A stretch of DNA of 36,242 nt from Octopus bimaculoides (GCF_001194135.2 NC_068983.1:22380085-22416326); one strand, 5' to 3'; shown: positions 11,085 to 23,668, counted from the first letter of the stretch. A program made the numbers and translations. The notes: generated by a model not told the origin, from the letters alone.

Positions 11085-11215
11085 TTTGTTGTTGTTGTTT
11101 AGCTCCTAACTAGGCCCTGATCGAATAGATCAAAAATCAAAAACATCTGAGCCACGATGATCATCCAGTCCTTTTTTCTATTTATAGAATACACTAATCC
11201 AATGTGTGTCTCCTT
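11085..11215 (-). mobile_element. Family C short retroposon-like repeat ((CAA)n tail)
   Basis: Direct: GTTGTTGTTTAGC.CC...GGCCCTGATCGA..AGA.C....ATCAAA..CAT..AGCCA.GA.CATCC is the reverse complement of 33225-33416. Confidence 0.6.
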
Positions 11216-11341
11216 TCTTTTAACCCTTTAGCATTCAAACTGGCCATATTTGGACCAAATATTCTACTTGCTTTATGTTCAAACAGGCCAGATCCAGCCT
11301 CTCACACTTAGTAGACAATGTCATTCTAAAAATTAACAAAG

Positions 11342-12003
11342 CATGACTATGTGATAAGAAGCTTGATTCCCAGCCACATGGTTCCGGGTTCAGTCCCACT
11401 GCGTGGCACCTTGGGAAAATGTCTTCTACTAGAGCCTCGGGCTGACCAAAGCCTTGTGAGTGGATTTGGTAGAGGGAAACTGAAAGAAGCCCATCACACA
11501 TACACACACACACACACACACANNNNNNNNNNNNNNNNNNNNNNNNNNNNNNNNNNNNNNNNNNNNNNNNNNNNNNNNNNNNNNNNNNNNNNNNNNNNNN
11601 NNNNNNNNNNNNNNNNNNNNNNNNNNNNNNNNNNNNNNNNNNNNNNNNNNNNNNNNNNNNNNNNNNNNNNNNNNNNNNNNNNNNNNNNNNNNNNNNNNNN
11701 NNNNNNNNNNNNNNNNNNNNNNNNNNNNNNNNNNNNNNNNNNNNNNNNNNNNNNNNNNNNNNNNNNNNNNNNNNNNNNNNNNNNNNNNNNNNNNNNNNNN
11801 NNNNNNNNNNNNNNNNNNNNNNNNNNNNNNNNNNNNNNNNNNNNNNNNNNNNNNNNNNNNNNNNNNNNNNNNNNNNNNNNNNNNNNNNNNNNNNNNNNNN
11901 NNNNNNNNTATATGTTTGTGTGTCTGTGTTTATGTCCCTGTAACTTAGTGGTTCGGCAAAAGAGACCGATAGAATAAGTACTAGGCTCACAAAGAATAAA
12001 AAA
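11342..12003 (+). mobile_element. SINE family A with an assembly gap in its microsatellite linker
   Basis: Direct: head 11342-11500, (CA)n, N gap 11523-11908, partial tail GTAACTTAGTGGTTCGGCAAAAGAGACCGATAGAATAAGTACTAGG. Confidence 0.85.
11523..11908. other. Assembly gap; others at 13418-13607, 20087-20592, 24834-24865 and several 10-N gaps
   Basis: Direct: N runs, mostly next to (CA)n/(TA)n/(GA)n. Confidence 0.99.
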
Positions 12004-12146
12004 AGATACACAAATCACATCATTGAAATCTTCAAGTTATGGGATAATGCATGCGTAATTCAAAATAATAGAAATAAAGATGCATTACATTTAACACAGT
12101 AATCAAAATAGTAAAGGAATAAATATGAAGAAACTTAACCCTTTAT

Positions 12147-12444
12147 CAGGGGTTTTCAAACTGTGGTCTGCGGACCACAGGGGGTCCGCAAGGACAAGAC
12201 AGGGGCTCCATGGAGAGCAAATACTTTTTATGGGCAATTTGATTTTATATATGTTTTTTAATCAAAATTTTTTAATTGACAATAAACCTATTTTGTTAAA
12301 TACTGTTAAATAAATAAATGTAAAAATACATGTTATTTTAAGCAAATATTTATGTATAAATTTCGTAAGCGTTTATAAGGGGCTCCCTAAAGTAAAGCCT
12401 GAAATATAAAGGGGTCCGCAAGTCAAAAAGTTTGAAAAGCCCTG
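12147..12444. mobile_element. hAT-type MITE
   Basis: Direct: TIRs CAGGGGTTTTCAAACT / AGTTTGAAAAGCCCTG (15/16); flanks CCCTTTAT / CCCTATAT (7/8). An 8-bp TSD with CAG termini is established for hAT (Charlie-like) elements. Confidence 0.85.
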
Positions 12445-13764
12445 CCCTATATGACAGAATTAAGTCAAGTACTGCAGGGTGTTCAGAAAGATAGTGCTTA
12501 ACTCCATATCAGAAAAGTTAAAATGAAGAAGCATGAACCTCTCCTACTCCACAGAGAGAGAGAGAGAGAAAGAGAGAGTAGCAATTGCTTCTAAGAGTAA
12601 TATTCCTTTATTAGGATCTGCTTTACGTTAGTAAACAGCTGAAGATGTTAATGGGATATATGGAGAGTAAATAATGTCATAGACCGCTCAAGAATGACAT
12701 CAAGTAATGAACACCTTCTGTGAGATATTAAAAATAGCAAAACATTAATGCGCATATAGCACTTCAAATATAACTAACTGTCTGTGAGAAAAGGTACACC
12801 AACAACTGTCAGTACATTCTATCTATATACCAAAGTCTGCCCCATGTTATGAAGCTGGATGGAACTAATTGTGTCTTCAGAATTAGTGTTTTACAGCTAC
12901 ATTATTTCAATGTGAAAATAACAACTTAAAGTAGGTGCATATGCGTACACACACACACACACACATGCAAATTTCTAGGTGAATGCTAAATTAAAAATAT
13001 GTAAATTTTTAAACAACTTAAAACTCTTGTCGGTTTTGTTTTTTTGTTTTTCTTTACTATGGCATACATTCTGTGTAAAAACCAGTTTGTCTGGAGCCCA
13101 TCCACAGATTTACAATATAGAATTGTAATGAAACATAACCTTGGATCCTACTTGAAGTTCTTCACTAATCTAAACAATTTTGTTAGCCTGGTGTGCCAAC
13201 AGAGAGCTTATGAAGTATTTTGTCTGTATTGATAATCCCGTATTATTAGCTATATATATATATAACATAAATAATATATAAATATATGCATATATCCATA
13301 CATATATGTATATACCTACATCTATATGTATACATACATGCATATATGGGTACAGGACATAAAACACAATCAGAAACGAAAACATTAAGACAAAGACCGA
13401 AAACGAACTTTATATATNNNNNNNNNNNNNNNNNNNNNNNNNNNNNNNNNNNNNNNNNNNNNNNNNNNNNNNNNNNNNNNNNNNNNNNNNNNNNNNNNNN
13501 NNNNNNNNNNNNNNNNNNNNNNNNNNNNNNNNNNNNNNNNNNNNNNNNNNNNNNNNNNNNNNNNNNNNNNNNNNNNNNNNNNNNNNNNNNNNNNNNNNNN
13601 NNNNNNNATGGGTTTTTTTTAGGCGTATAAATATCCAAAACAGTGCAAAATGGGGAAAATACTCCAAATATAGCTTAACCCTGAAAGGGAAGAAACTCTA
13701 ACCTTTTGATTAGACATCATTATGATGAGCAAAAGTCTTAGTGATTTTAACTTGCCAACAAAAA

Positions 13765-13970
13765 AATACAAGTTGTTTTTACAGTAAATGTTTCTATTTT
13801 CACTTTTGTTAAACACAATATTTTAATCATTTAGAAATATTTTTAAGTGAATGTGATTTCAAAAATGTAAGTTGTTTGTACAGTAAGTATTTATAGTCTA
13901 GCATTCTTTAAACAGACAATATTTTAATTTTCTTTTTCAAATTATTTTCAAGTGAATATCATTGCAAAAA
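13765..13970. repeat. Diverged ~100-bp tandem duplication
   Basis: Direct: AAGTTGTTT.TACAGTAA.T, AAACA.A.AATATTTTAAT and TTT.AAGTGAAT each occur twice about 100 bp apart. Confidence 0.6.
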
Positions 13971-14170
13971 AAAATTTTTTTTTTTTTTTGGCATATTTAA
14001 AACACATTTTAAAGTAAAAATGACTTTAAAAATACAGTAAATATTTCATAAAAGACCCATTCGTAACCTTGGTGTGAAATGATTTTTTTCCATAGGATTT
14101 TTTTGAGTGCATTCAATGTAGCTCACCTCTAAAAGATTTGGCTGCTATTTCCAGCATGCCCTGCTACCAC

Positions 14171-14974
14171 ATAACAGCTATTTGTAATAAAGGACCCAAA
14201 ATAGCTGTTATAGGGTGTGCAAGAGACGACATCCAAATTTTTCCTTTTCTGAGGAAAGGAGCCGTTTACACGTGATTTCGATGCTGCATGCGAAATAAAA
14301 AATTTAAATAAAAAAAAAAAACAGGAAACAAAACTCCATTGGTGGAAAACTCAGAATTTCCAAGGAAACTCCAAGGTCCCCCCACCCCTCTCCCCTTTCT
14401 TTTCTGGAAGAAAGTGACTTGTGGTGGGTTTGGCGGTGAGATACATTGAATGCACCTGAAAAAACCTGTGGAAAAAATTATCCAACACCGAAGTACGAAG
14501 GGGTCCTTTATGAAATATTTACCCAAGGTCAGGACAGGTATGTGAATAGAAAGATCAATGTAACTGATAAAGCAAAGGTTAAGTGTCTGGCAGAAGAGAG
14601 GAAAAGAGACAGAAGCAGGAGAGATCAGGAATCAGATGCTCAGAGAGCTGAGTGTCTGGCGAAGCAGAGGGAAAAAGACAAAAGCAGGAGACGTCATAAA
14701 TTGGATGCTCATGTGAATACAAATGGAATAAAACAAGTGTCGCATATAAATCAGACCATGGGTTACGAAGACACGCATTTTATTTTGTGGGGAGGGGGTA
14801 CCTTTATAAATAGCTAAACCAACGTACAATAGGGGAAAATGCTTTGAAAGTAAGGTATTATTGAAACGTGAATATACACGGAATAACAGAAGTTTCATAT
14901 AAATCGGACCACAGATTCCCGAGATAGTTTTATCGGATAATTTGACCAAACCGGTCACAGGTAGTCTATTCTAG
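14171..14974 (+). mobile_element. Putative non-autonomous Helitron-like element carrying 23-aa repeat coding remnant
   Basis: Direct: ends in hairpin TGACC-AAACC-GGTCA (14943-14957), 13 nt, then CTAG|T (14971-14975); contains a 69-bp tandem repeat at 14560-14712. Established: Helitrons end in hairpin + CTRR before T. The 5' boundary is a guess and the hairpin stem is short. Confidence 0.45.
14560..14712 (+). pseudogene. STPR-like 23-residue tandem repeat remnant inside ORF 14446-14817
   Basis: Direct: VTDKAKVKCLAEERKRDRSRRDQ / ESDAQRAECLAKQREKDKSRRRH / KLDAH; AGTGTCTGGC at 14582 and 14651 (period 69). Inference: resembles the STPR pattern E[TS]xxxRAxRLAK. Confidence 0.5.
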
Positions 14975-14998
14975 TGTGTGTGTGTGTGTATATATATG

Positions 14999-15040
<42 letters not shown>

Positions 15041-15537
15041 GGGATTAATCACAGAAGGCAGGGCAATGGCGACTTGGATTAAAACAGTCCAGTAAATTCA
15101 TGAATTGTCAAAGCAGGTGATAAAAATAGCTTTCATTTATACATAACACTTATTAGCATAAAATAATTTTGCCCTAGTTGTACTACTGTATTATAGACAT
15201 GGTTGCTTCATGGCAAATGATGATGATGATTAAAATTTTTTTTTAAATAAATAATTGTTGATTACAGCTCTCTCTTTTTACTCTCTTCCTCTCTCTCTGT
15301 TCCAAATTCAAATCCCACTGGACTTGACTTCGTTTTTTATCTCAGCCTGATCAATAAAACAAGTGCCAGTAAAGTAGAGTGGCTTTTTGCCAATGAAAAG
15401 AAGTTGCTAATACTTGGTCTGTGTATGAGGTGAGTGGGGATGTGTGCCCATGGTAGTTTCAATCATTCCCAGATCGGTGAGGTCAATGTGGTTAACGTTC
15501 AGTTTGAACTTCTACTACTAGCTGACACTTGTATTGA

Positions 15538-15580
<43 letters not shown>

Positions 15581-16259
15581 GGATACAGGTTTAAATCTTA
15601 TATTTATTTTCAAACAATTTTTAAAGTTTTTGTCTTATTTTATTTATTTTTAAACAATTTTGAAGTTTTCATCTTATTTATTTTGGGAACTTAACATTCA
15701 TTTTCCTACCTGATTGCACAAGCTGAAAGTCTCTGTTCTTTATTCTATTAAAATAGACGCCGATGAATTATACTTAATGTATATACACTGTCGATAGGCC
15801 AGTTACTGCAGTATTTGTCTGGAGATAACATCATTTAAGGATTTACTGAGTTAAAAACACAATAAACATCAAAGACGGATGAAACTTCATCCCAGCAGTA
15901 ATCAGCAAAAGCACAAGATGTATTTTAGTCTAGTCGGGCTTATCTCAATGGTGCATATTCATGGCTAGCCACATGCTCAAATATGGATTTGTCTTCGCTG
16001 ATACAGAAAAAAGTGAATGAAACAATTTTGCCAAATAACTGCCCTCAAGAAGAGTCATTATAGTAAAAGAAGAGATACAGAAAAGAGACAGCACATTGAT
16101 AGGCTAATCACTGTAACAAGCTGGATAGTAGTGTTTATAAATTAAGTGTTTGGTTTATAAATTAAAAGGGGATTTGAAATGTAAGCTTGTGACGCAGAAA
16201 CTCTACCTTGGATATGTAAGCAGTATTTTAACATGGAGGTGCAGATGTATCTTATAGAT

Positions 16260-16578
16260 CAGTGGTTCTCAACTAGAGCCCATATAGGATTGATGGGGGG
16301 GGGTCCACATAATAAAATAGTAAATTGGAGATCCACAATAGTATTTTAAGGGCCCCTGGAAGTTTTTTGTCGTAAATATATGTATTGGTATGTATCGCAA
16401 GAAACAGCTAGGTTCCTTTCTCTAACATTTTAGACAGTTCAACGTACATGAGTGAATGTGTGAAAAACAACATAGGAATTTTGAAAGAAGTTTCTATAAA
16501 ACTCGTTTTTAAATATCAGATGGCTATAGGGAGTCAAAGGAGTCCATAGATTTTTTTTTAAATGATTGAGATCCCCTG
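16260..16578. mobile_element. hAT-type MITE (second family)
   Basis: Direct: termini CAGTGGTTCTCAAC / GATTGAGATCCCCTG; flanks TTATAGAT / TTACAGAT (7/8). Confidence 0.8.
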
Positions 16579-17427
16579 TTACAGATGATCAACAACTCTT
16601 CAGAGATATAATTTTTGGCCCTGAAGCAGGAACAGCCTTTAAGATGAAGCTTATGGCTGTGAGGCCAAAATGAAAATTCAGAGACAATGAGGTTTCAGTA
16701 TTTCTAAAATACTGAAGGTTTTATTTCTGAGTTTTTCATAAATAGACATGGCATAGTAAAGAGACCAGGGACCATGTTGTTGCCATGTTCCTCAACATTA
16801 GATTATGTTTTCCAAGACTTCTGTTCATAGTAGCAATGTATCATGTCATTTCTATATTGTTTGTGGAAATAGCTAATGTACAAAAGAAGTTTTTGATGAA
16901 TGGAGGAGGACACCAAGTGTGTGTGTGNNNNNNNNNNAAAGTAATAACAGTGAGCATGTCATTGAAGTACAGAAGGAGTATGGTAGATATTAGTCATTCA
17001 AGATGATAGATCACTGTTGCCTACAAGCTTTTCCAATAACCAATCACTCAATTATGAAGTAATAGTTAACAATACTGTTACTATAGAGATACTATTATAA
17101 TTTTTCAATGCTTAAGAGATGTGTACTTTAAGCGATTAAGACATTGGATTACCAATATATGAGGCAAGTTGAGAGTTCAAATTTGCTACAAGCAATTTCT
17201 TATGATTATGAGGATGGAAAGACACAAACTTTACACAGCTCAGTTTATCTTGGTCTAGATATGTAGTTTAAAACATTTCAGTATAACTTCAAGTATTGCC
17301 CGAGTATTATTTATCACTATGAAAATAGTCCTGTGTATTAATTATAAAGCAAGTGTGAAAGTAGTCCAGTGTATTATTAACCTTTTAATATATTATCCTG
17401 TATACTGTCATTGAGAAATGTCTAGTA

Positions 17428-17512
17428 AATCATTATCATCATCATTTAACGTCCGCTTTCCATGCTAGCATGGGTTGGACAATTTGACTAGGGACTGGCG
17501 AACCAGATGGCT
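17428..17512 (-). mobile_element. Family D 3' end, well preserved, abutting the piggyBac remnant
   Basis: Direct: CATCATCATTTAACGTCCGCTTTCCATGCTAGCATGGGTTGGACAATTTGAC. Confidence 0.75.
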
Positions 17513-18051
<539 letters not shown>

Positions 18052-19807
18052 GTAAACATGAAATATCAGCCATTTCTTTTTTTATTTGTGACAAACAAGC
18101 TGTCCTTCTCATATTCTTTTATCTTTTTGTTTCTTTCAACAAAGCATTGTAAAAAGATTTCTTGGTAATTTCAATTATTTCATTATTATTTTTTTTTTAT
18201 TCTAAAAAAAAAAAAGCTGAAATAATTTAGAGTAAAAATTTCATGAAAGTCGAGGTGTCAGTAACTTCATAATAAATCATAACTGATCCAAAATAATTTG
18301 TGTATTTATTCTTCCTTATACACAGATTCAAAATAAATAATTAAAAAAATTATATCCTTTGCATGGTAACTGAAAAAAAGTATGTATGTTAAGTGGTAAA
18401 ACACTATAACAGCCATGGGCAACTAGCAGGACTTTCTAAACGGCCTGCCTAACAAAGATTGGCTTGAATTTTTTTAGTAGTGCAACCCACCTAATGTTGA
18501 ACAATGTCTCGTGCAGCCAACTTTTCAAAAAAACATTGCTCGTGTCTACACTATAACTATAAGGTAACTGTGAAAGTAGTCCAGCGTATTAATTATTACA
18601 AACTCCACAGTGATAAGGCAACTGTGAAAATAGTCCTATATATTAATTATTAGAAACTTATAAGCTTAAGGCAATTATCAGTTTTCTTTTAGACTTCGTA
18701 ATGCTAGCACAGATTACTAGGGAGGGAAGGTGACAAATTTGAGTATTTGCATGTCAAACCAATTATTAATTCATACAACCAAGTATTATTTCTACCATGA
18801 ATAAACCAATTGTTAAACCGTTATGTCAGCCAGTCAAACTGAGGCAAGAGCCTATTAGCCCAACTAGTAGTCTGTGGTAGGCTTTGTGACCATGGTATAG
18901 TACTGAAATTATCCATAACCTATCAGTATTGCAGCAAACCAACAAGAATGCATCTACACAATGGCTCAAACTGCTGGAAAAAGCAACTGAAATTTCCCTC
19001 AAATCAGACATGACTGTTTTGATTGAGAGAGAACACTAAAGTAAAACACACACACACACAGAAGAAAAAAAATATGTGATGAAAGTTTGGACAAATTTTG
19101 ATCACGAAAATGACCTAAAGCTGAACAACAACCAGTAATACTACTACTACTACTACTACTACTTGAGAGATTGAGGGGCTTTCTGCCCTCCCCCACTCCA
19201 ACTTTCTAATGAAATTTATGGTAATATTCAGAGAGAAAGAGAGAAAGAGAGAGAGAGACCTATTAAGCAAACAAGACTGATGCTTGAAGTGAATTGTGAG
19301 AATTTGCATTCTCACTTTCTGCAAATAAGTATTATATTGAAAATTCCAGCACAAAACAAAATATAGTTAAGTAATGTAATTGTAAATGAGAAATAGATGA
19401 ATAAATAACAAAAAGAAAAAGTGTGTGTGAATGTCTGTGTGGAAGGAGGAGGAGGAGGAAAAGAATGGTAGGTAAAAGGAGAAGGCAAGACAATGAGGAA
19501 AAATTAGACGAAGGAGCTATATTCTAAAGAACAAATGAAACAGTCAAAAAAAAAAAAAGATAATATAAAAGAATTGGTGGGATGCTAATCATTTCCAGTG
19601 AAAGTTTTTTTTTTTTTCTTTGAATAAATTTTTAAAAATAAACAAAAAAAATAATAAAGTTTCACCTGACAGTAATTGAAGAATGTAGGTAGGTAGGTAG
19701 GTAGGTAGGTGGTGGATGGGTGTGTATGTGATGGTGAAGATGAAAGAAATAAAACAGCAATTCAAAAATACTGCTATATAGTCATAATGAATTGGGAAAA
19801 ATGGTAG

Positions 19808-19852
<45 letters not shown>

Positions 19853-20040
19853 ATATACCTGAATACATGGATGTTAAATATTTCATACAATATGGGTGTA
19901 TAGAGGGATAGATGTAGACATTAGTATGTAGATAAAATATGTATGTAGGTATATCAATAATACATGTATATACATTAATACATAAATATATGGGCATTGA
20001 TAGATAGATATATGTATGTATGTATACATGACTGTACCTA

Positions 20041-20086
<46 letters not shown>

Positions 20087-20897
20087 NNNNNNNNNNNNNN
20101 NNNNNNNNNNNNNNNNNNNNNNNNNNNNNNNNNNNNNNNNNNNNNNNNNNNNNNNNNNNNNNNNNNNNNNNNNNNNNNNNNNNNNNNNNNNNNNNNNNNN
20201 NNNNNNNNNNNNNNNNNNNNNNNNNNNNNNNNNNNNNNNNNNNNNNNNNNNNNNNNNNNNNNNNNNNNNNNNNNNNNNNNNNNNNNNNNNNNNNNNNNNN
20301 NNNNNNNNNNNNNNNNNNNNNNNNNNNNNNNNNNNNNNNNNNNNNNNNNNNNNNNNNNNNNNNNNNNNNNNNNNNNNNNNNNNNNNNNNNNNNNNNNNNN
20401 NNNNNNNNNNNNNNNNNNNNNNNNNNNNNNNNNNNNNNNNNNNNNNNNNNNNNNNNNNNNNNNNNNNNNNNNNNNNNNNNNNNNNNNNNNNNNNNNNNNN
20501 NNNNNNNNNNNNNNNNNNNNNNNNNNNNNNNNNNNNNNNNNNNNNNNNNNNNNNNNNNNNNNNNNNNNNNNNNNNNNNNNNNNNNNNNNNNNCAAGCATG
20601 TCTACAGATACATACATAATGTACAAAGGTATATACATGTGAAAGCATACATGTGTCGACATACCTATACCTTTATAGACACATGTAAATGTATATGTAT
20701 GTATGTAGACATGTATATATATACATACTTTGCCTGTGTAAGTGAACAGAAACATTAAATTTGTATTTAAATATATTTGATGCTGATATAGTCTTTGTAT
20801 ATTTTTCTGATGTGTGTGTCTCTTTTAGTGTATTCATTATATTCAGACAGTATAGATACACTAAAAATATATAAGCATATTATATACACAGACATAG

Positions 20898-20942
<45 letters not shown>

Positions 20943-21413
20943 ATATACTTAAGTGCATTATAAAAAAATGTGTAAATAAATGTGCGAATGTGCATGTGTG
21001 TGTGTGTCTGGTTACATATATACACATAAACATCAGCACATACACACACACACTCACGTTCAACAGACGTATACATTTAAACTGAAATTACAACACACAT
21101 ACACAAAAGAGAAATTCAGTTGCTAACAGAATTTTTGTAACTAAGCAGAAAACCATGGTAACGAAGATTCAGAGCAACAAACAAACAACAGACTGCTCAA
21201 CAGCACCAACCAGCAGTGCATGACAATATATTTCTAAAAGATAAACATATTTTACAGCAGGGGGGAGAGGTAGGAGAGAGAATGTATGTCTGTTGATAAA
21301 GAAGAGTTCCATACCACAGCATCAGAGATAAACAAGTAAGCTTCTTATGAAGTCACTCATGTTGCTGGAAATAGCAGCCAATGCCTCCCTCAAACCATAC
21401 CTTACTACTTTAA

Positions 21414-21703
21414 CTCTTTCAATACCAACATGCATGAGACTGCCAGTCGTTTTATGGAACAAGCTTCCTGTTTGTTTTAAAGCAATCTAAATTAAAACCT
21501 CTCATTAAAATTTCATGCTAATTTAAGTTCCAAATACCAGCTTAAAATGAACTAAATTAAATCCTTCCATAAAATTCCATATTAATTTATGTTCGAAATT
21601 CCAATTTAATAATGATAAAGTTATTTGACTAAATTTTTCATTATTACCAAAATTAATTATAACAAAGGCAATGCATTTTAACAGGAATTCACTAACAAAA
21701 GGA
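21414..21703. mobile_element. TTAA MITE family 2, with internal duplication
   Basis: Direct: TTAA at 21410-21413 and 21704-21707; CTCTTTCAATACC start; the TAAA..CT.C.AT.AAAATT.CAT..TAATTTA.GTTC block occurs twice. Confidence 0.7.
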
Positions 21704-21889
21704 TTAACGTCATTACCCACCCATCATATCTGGTCTTTAGTTGCACTTGTTACAAGCACTTGAACCATATCATTGATTTGAGGGTAACTCAATATCTTAG
21801 AATAATGTTTCTTAATGCAACAAACTAGGAGTTCGGGAGGTGGAGAGGCTTCTTCTTTTCTTCCCAAGACTAACAGAACAAGTACCAGG

Positions 21890-21985
21890 TTTAAAAAGAT
21901 AAGTGTTGGGGTCAACCAAAACCTCTCAAGGTGGTGCCCCAGCATGGCCACAGTCTAATGACTGAAATAAGTAAAAGATAAAAGA
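21890..21985 (+). mobile_element. SINE family A tail fragment
   Basis: Direct: CAAGGTGGTGCCCCAGCATGGCCACAGTCTAATGACTGAAATAAGTAAAAGATAAAAG. Confidence 0.75.
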
Positions 21986-22019
21986 CACACAAAAATATAT
22001 AAAAAACAATGCTCATTAA

Positions 22020-22623
22020 CCCTTTTAACATCAATCCACATGAGACCACCACTGGTTCTATGACTCAAACTTGCTGTTTTAAAAGTGATCCAAATCAGAA
22101 CCGTCAATTAAAACTTCTTGCTAATTTATGTTAATAAATTAATCAGCTTAATAATGGATAAAGGTATTGTACTAAATTTTTCATTATTTTCAAAATTAAC
22201 TGAAACAAGTGGTGTATTCATAATAGAAATACAGTAACAAAAGTGGAGGCGCAATGGCCCAGTGGTTAGGGCAGCGGACTCGCAGTCATAGGATCGTGAT
22301 TTCGATTCCCAGACCAGGCGTTGTGAGTGTTTATTGAGCGAAAACACCTAAAGCTCCACGAGGCTCCGGCAGGGGATGGTGGCGAACCCTGCTGTACTCT
22401 TTCACCACAACTTTCTCTCACTCTTTCTTCCTGTTTCTGCTGGCTGTGCCTGTAATTCAAAGGGTCAGCCTTGTCACACTGTGTCACGCTGAATATTCCC
22501 GAGAACTACGTTAAGGGTACACGTTTCTGTGGAGTGCTCAGCCACTTACACGTTAATTTCATGAGCAGGCTGTTCCGTTGATCGGATCAACTGGAACCCT
22601 CGACAAGAACAGTCACAAAAGAT
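22020..22623. mobile_element. TTAA MITE family 2, right TIR split by the SINE at 22243
   Basis: Direct: TTAA-CCCTTTT start, family 2 body, ...CAGTAACAAAA|SINE|CAGTCACAAAAGA-TTTAA. Confidence 0.65.
22243..22608 (+). mobile_element. Full-length tRNA-derived SINE (Arg-like TCG loop), 12-bp TSD
   Basis: Direct: A box TGGCCCAGTGG, B box GATTTCGATTCCC, GGACTCGCAG anticodon-like loop; TSD ACAGTAACAAAA / ACAGTCACAAAA (11/12). Inference: may correspond to a described octopus tRNA-Arg-derived (OR) family. Confidence 0.85.
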
Positions 22624-22624
22624 T

Positions 22625-22860
22625 TAACTGCTGCACTTAGTCGATCTTGATTTAGCAGACATTTGACCAAAGACATAACAGTTGTGACTACCCCATCTTT
22701 ATAAGAATATCTAGGATCACATTGTTCAATGTATTTAAAATGGTAGGGTGTGATTTGAGGGCAATTTGGCTGCTATATGCAACAGGTTTTCTTTTGCATA
22801 TGTGAATTATAATCAACGAGAATCCTCTATGTTGAGTGATCACATAGAGGTTCCACACAG
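22625..22860 (-). mobile_element. Family C copy
   Basis: Direct: GGTAGGGTGTGATTTGAGGG.AATTTGGCTGCTAT ... CACATAGAGGTTCC, the reverse complement of the 33225 copy. Confidence 0.6.
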
Positions 22861-22976
22861 ATTAGGTTTCTTGCAAACTGAAAGGAATTTGGGCCCTAAT
22901 TTATAAAACAAATGAGAGACTGCCACATTCTAATTAATCAACCATAATATAATAATGGCGCTTAATTTACTGCTAA

Positions 22977-23319
22977 GTGAAGGCACATGGCTCAGTGGTT
23001 AGAGCATCGGGCTCACAATCATGAGGTAGTGAGTTTGGTTCCCAGACTGGGCTATGTGTTGTGTTCTTAAGCAAGACACTTTATTTCATGTTGCTCCAGT
23101 TCACACACCTGTGGAAATGAGTTGTGATGTCACTGGTGTTAAGTTGTATTGGTGTTTGCCTTTCCTTTGGATAACATCAGTGGCACAAAGAGGGGAAGCT
23201 GGTATGCATGGGTGACTGCTGGTCTTCCATAAACAACCTTGCTCGGACTTGCGCTTTAGAGGGGAATTTTCTGGGCGCAATCCCATGGTCATTCATGACC
23301 AAAGGGCATCTTTATTTAT
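22977..23319 (+). mobile_element. Full-length tRNA-derived SINE with CORE-like centre and (TTTA) tail, 15-bp TSD
   Basis: Direct: TGGCTCAGTGG A box, GAGTTTGGTTCCC B-like box, TGTGTTGTGTTCTTAAGCAAGACACTT centre; TSD TTAATTTACTGCTAA (22962-22976) / TTAATTCATTGCTAA (23320-23334), 13/15. Confidence 0.8.
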
Positions 23320-23668
23320 TTAATTCATTGCTAAAAAATCACACTCACACACATGCATGCATGTGTGTGTGTTTGTATACATATATATAGTCATGATAAA
23401 GAACCAAATCAGAAAATAACTAACTAGGATGAATGTTAGATGAATTAATCTGGGGTGAGATCACATGCCCATATGAATGAGGAAGAGTGTGGGGAGAGGT
23501 CCCTAAAACTTTTTTCCCAGACTCTTGGTCGAAGTAATAATATGGATAATTAACAAGGTTAAGTTAATGACAAATTCTAGAACAGCAAGTTTCAATCTCA
23601 TTTTTTTATATCAAGCACATTGAATTTGGCACTAAAAGTATATGACACTTCAAAAATTCTTCTTACAA

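Larger units (their letters stand above)
11224..12118 (-). mobile_element. TTAA MITE family 1, interrupted by SINE A (halves ~11224-11341 and ~12011-12118)
   Basis: Direct: TTAA-CCCTTTAGCATT start. The left half stops at AATTAACAA and resumes at ACAAATCACATCATTGAAATC, as in the uninterrupted 3162 copy. Confidence 0.75.

Noticed and set aside
11235-12018. Long ORFs of 130-290 aa at 11.2-12.0, 13.2-13.7 and 19.8-20.8 kb
   Set aside because: They are long only because they read through N gaps and AT/CA repeats.
15930-16000. Good minus-strand acceptor TTTTTTCTGTATCAG
   Set aside because: All three frames stop within about 70 nt and no donor was found.
22243-22320. tRNA gene (A and B boxes, TCG loop); similar heads at 22977 and 23669
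   Set aside because: The acceptor stem does not close, and each continues into a shared body with tail and TSD. These are SINE heads.
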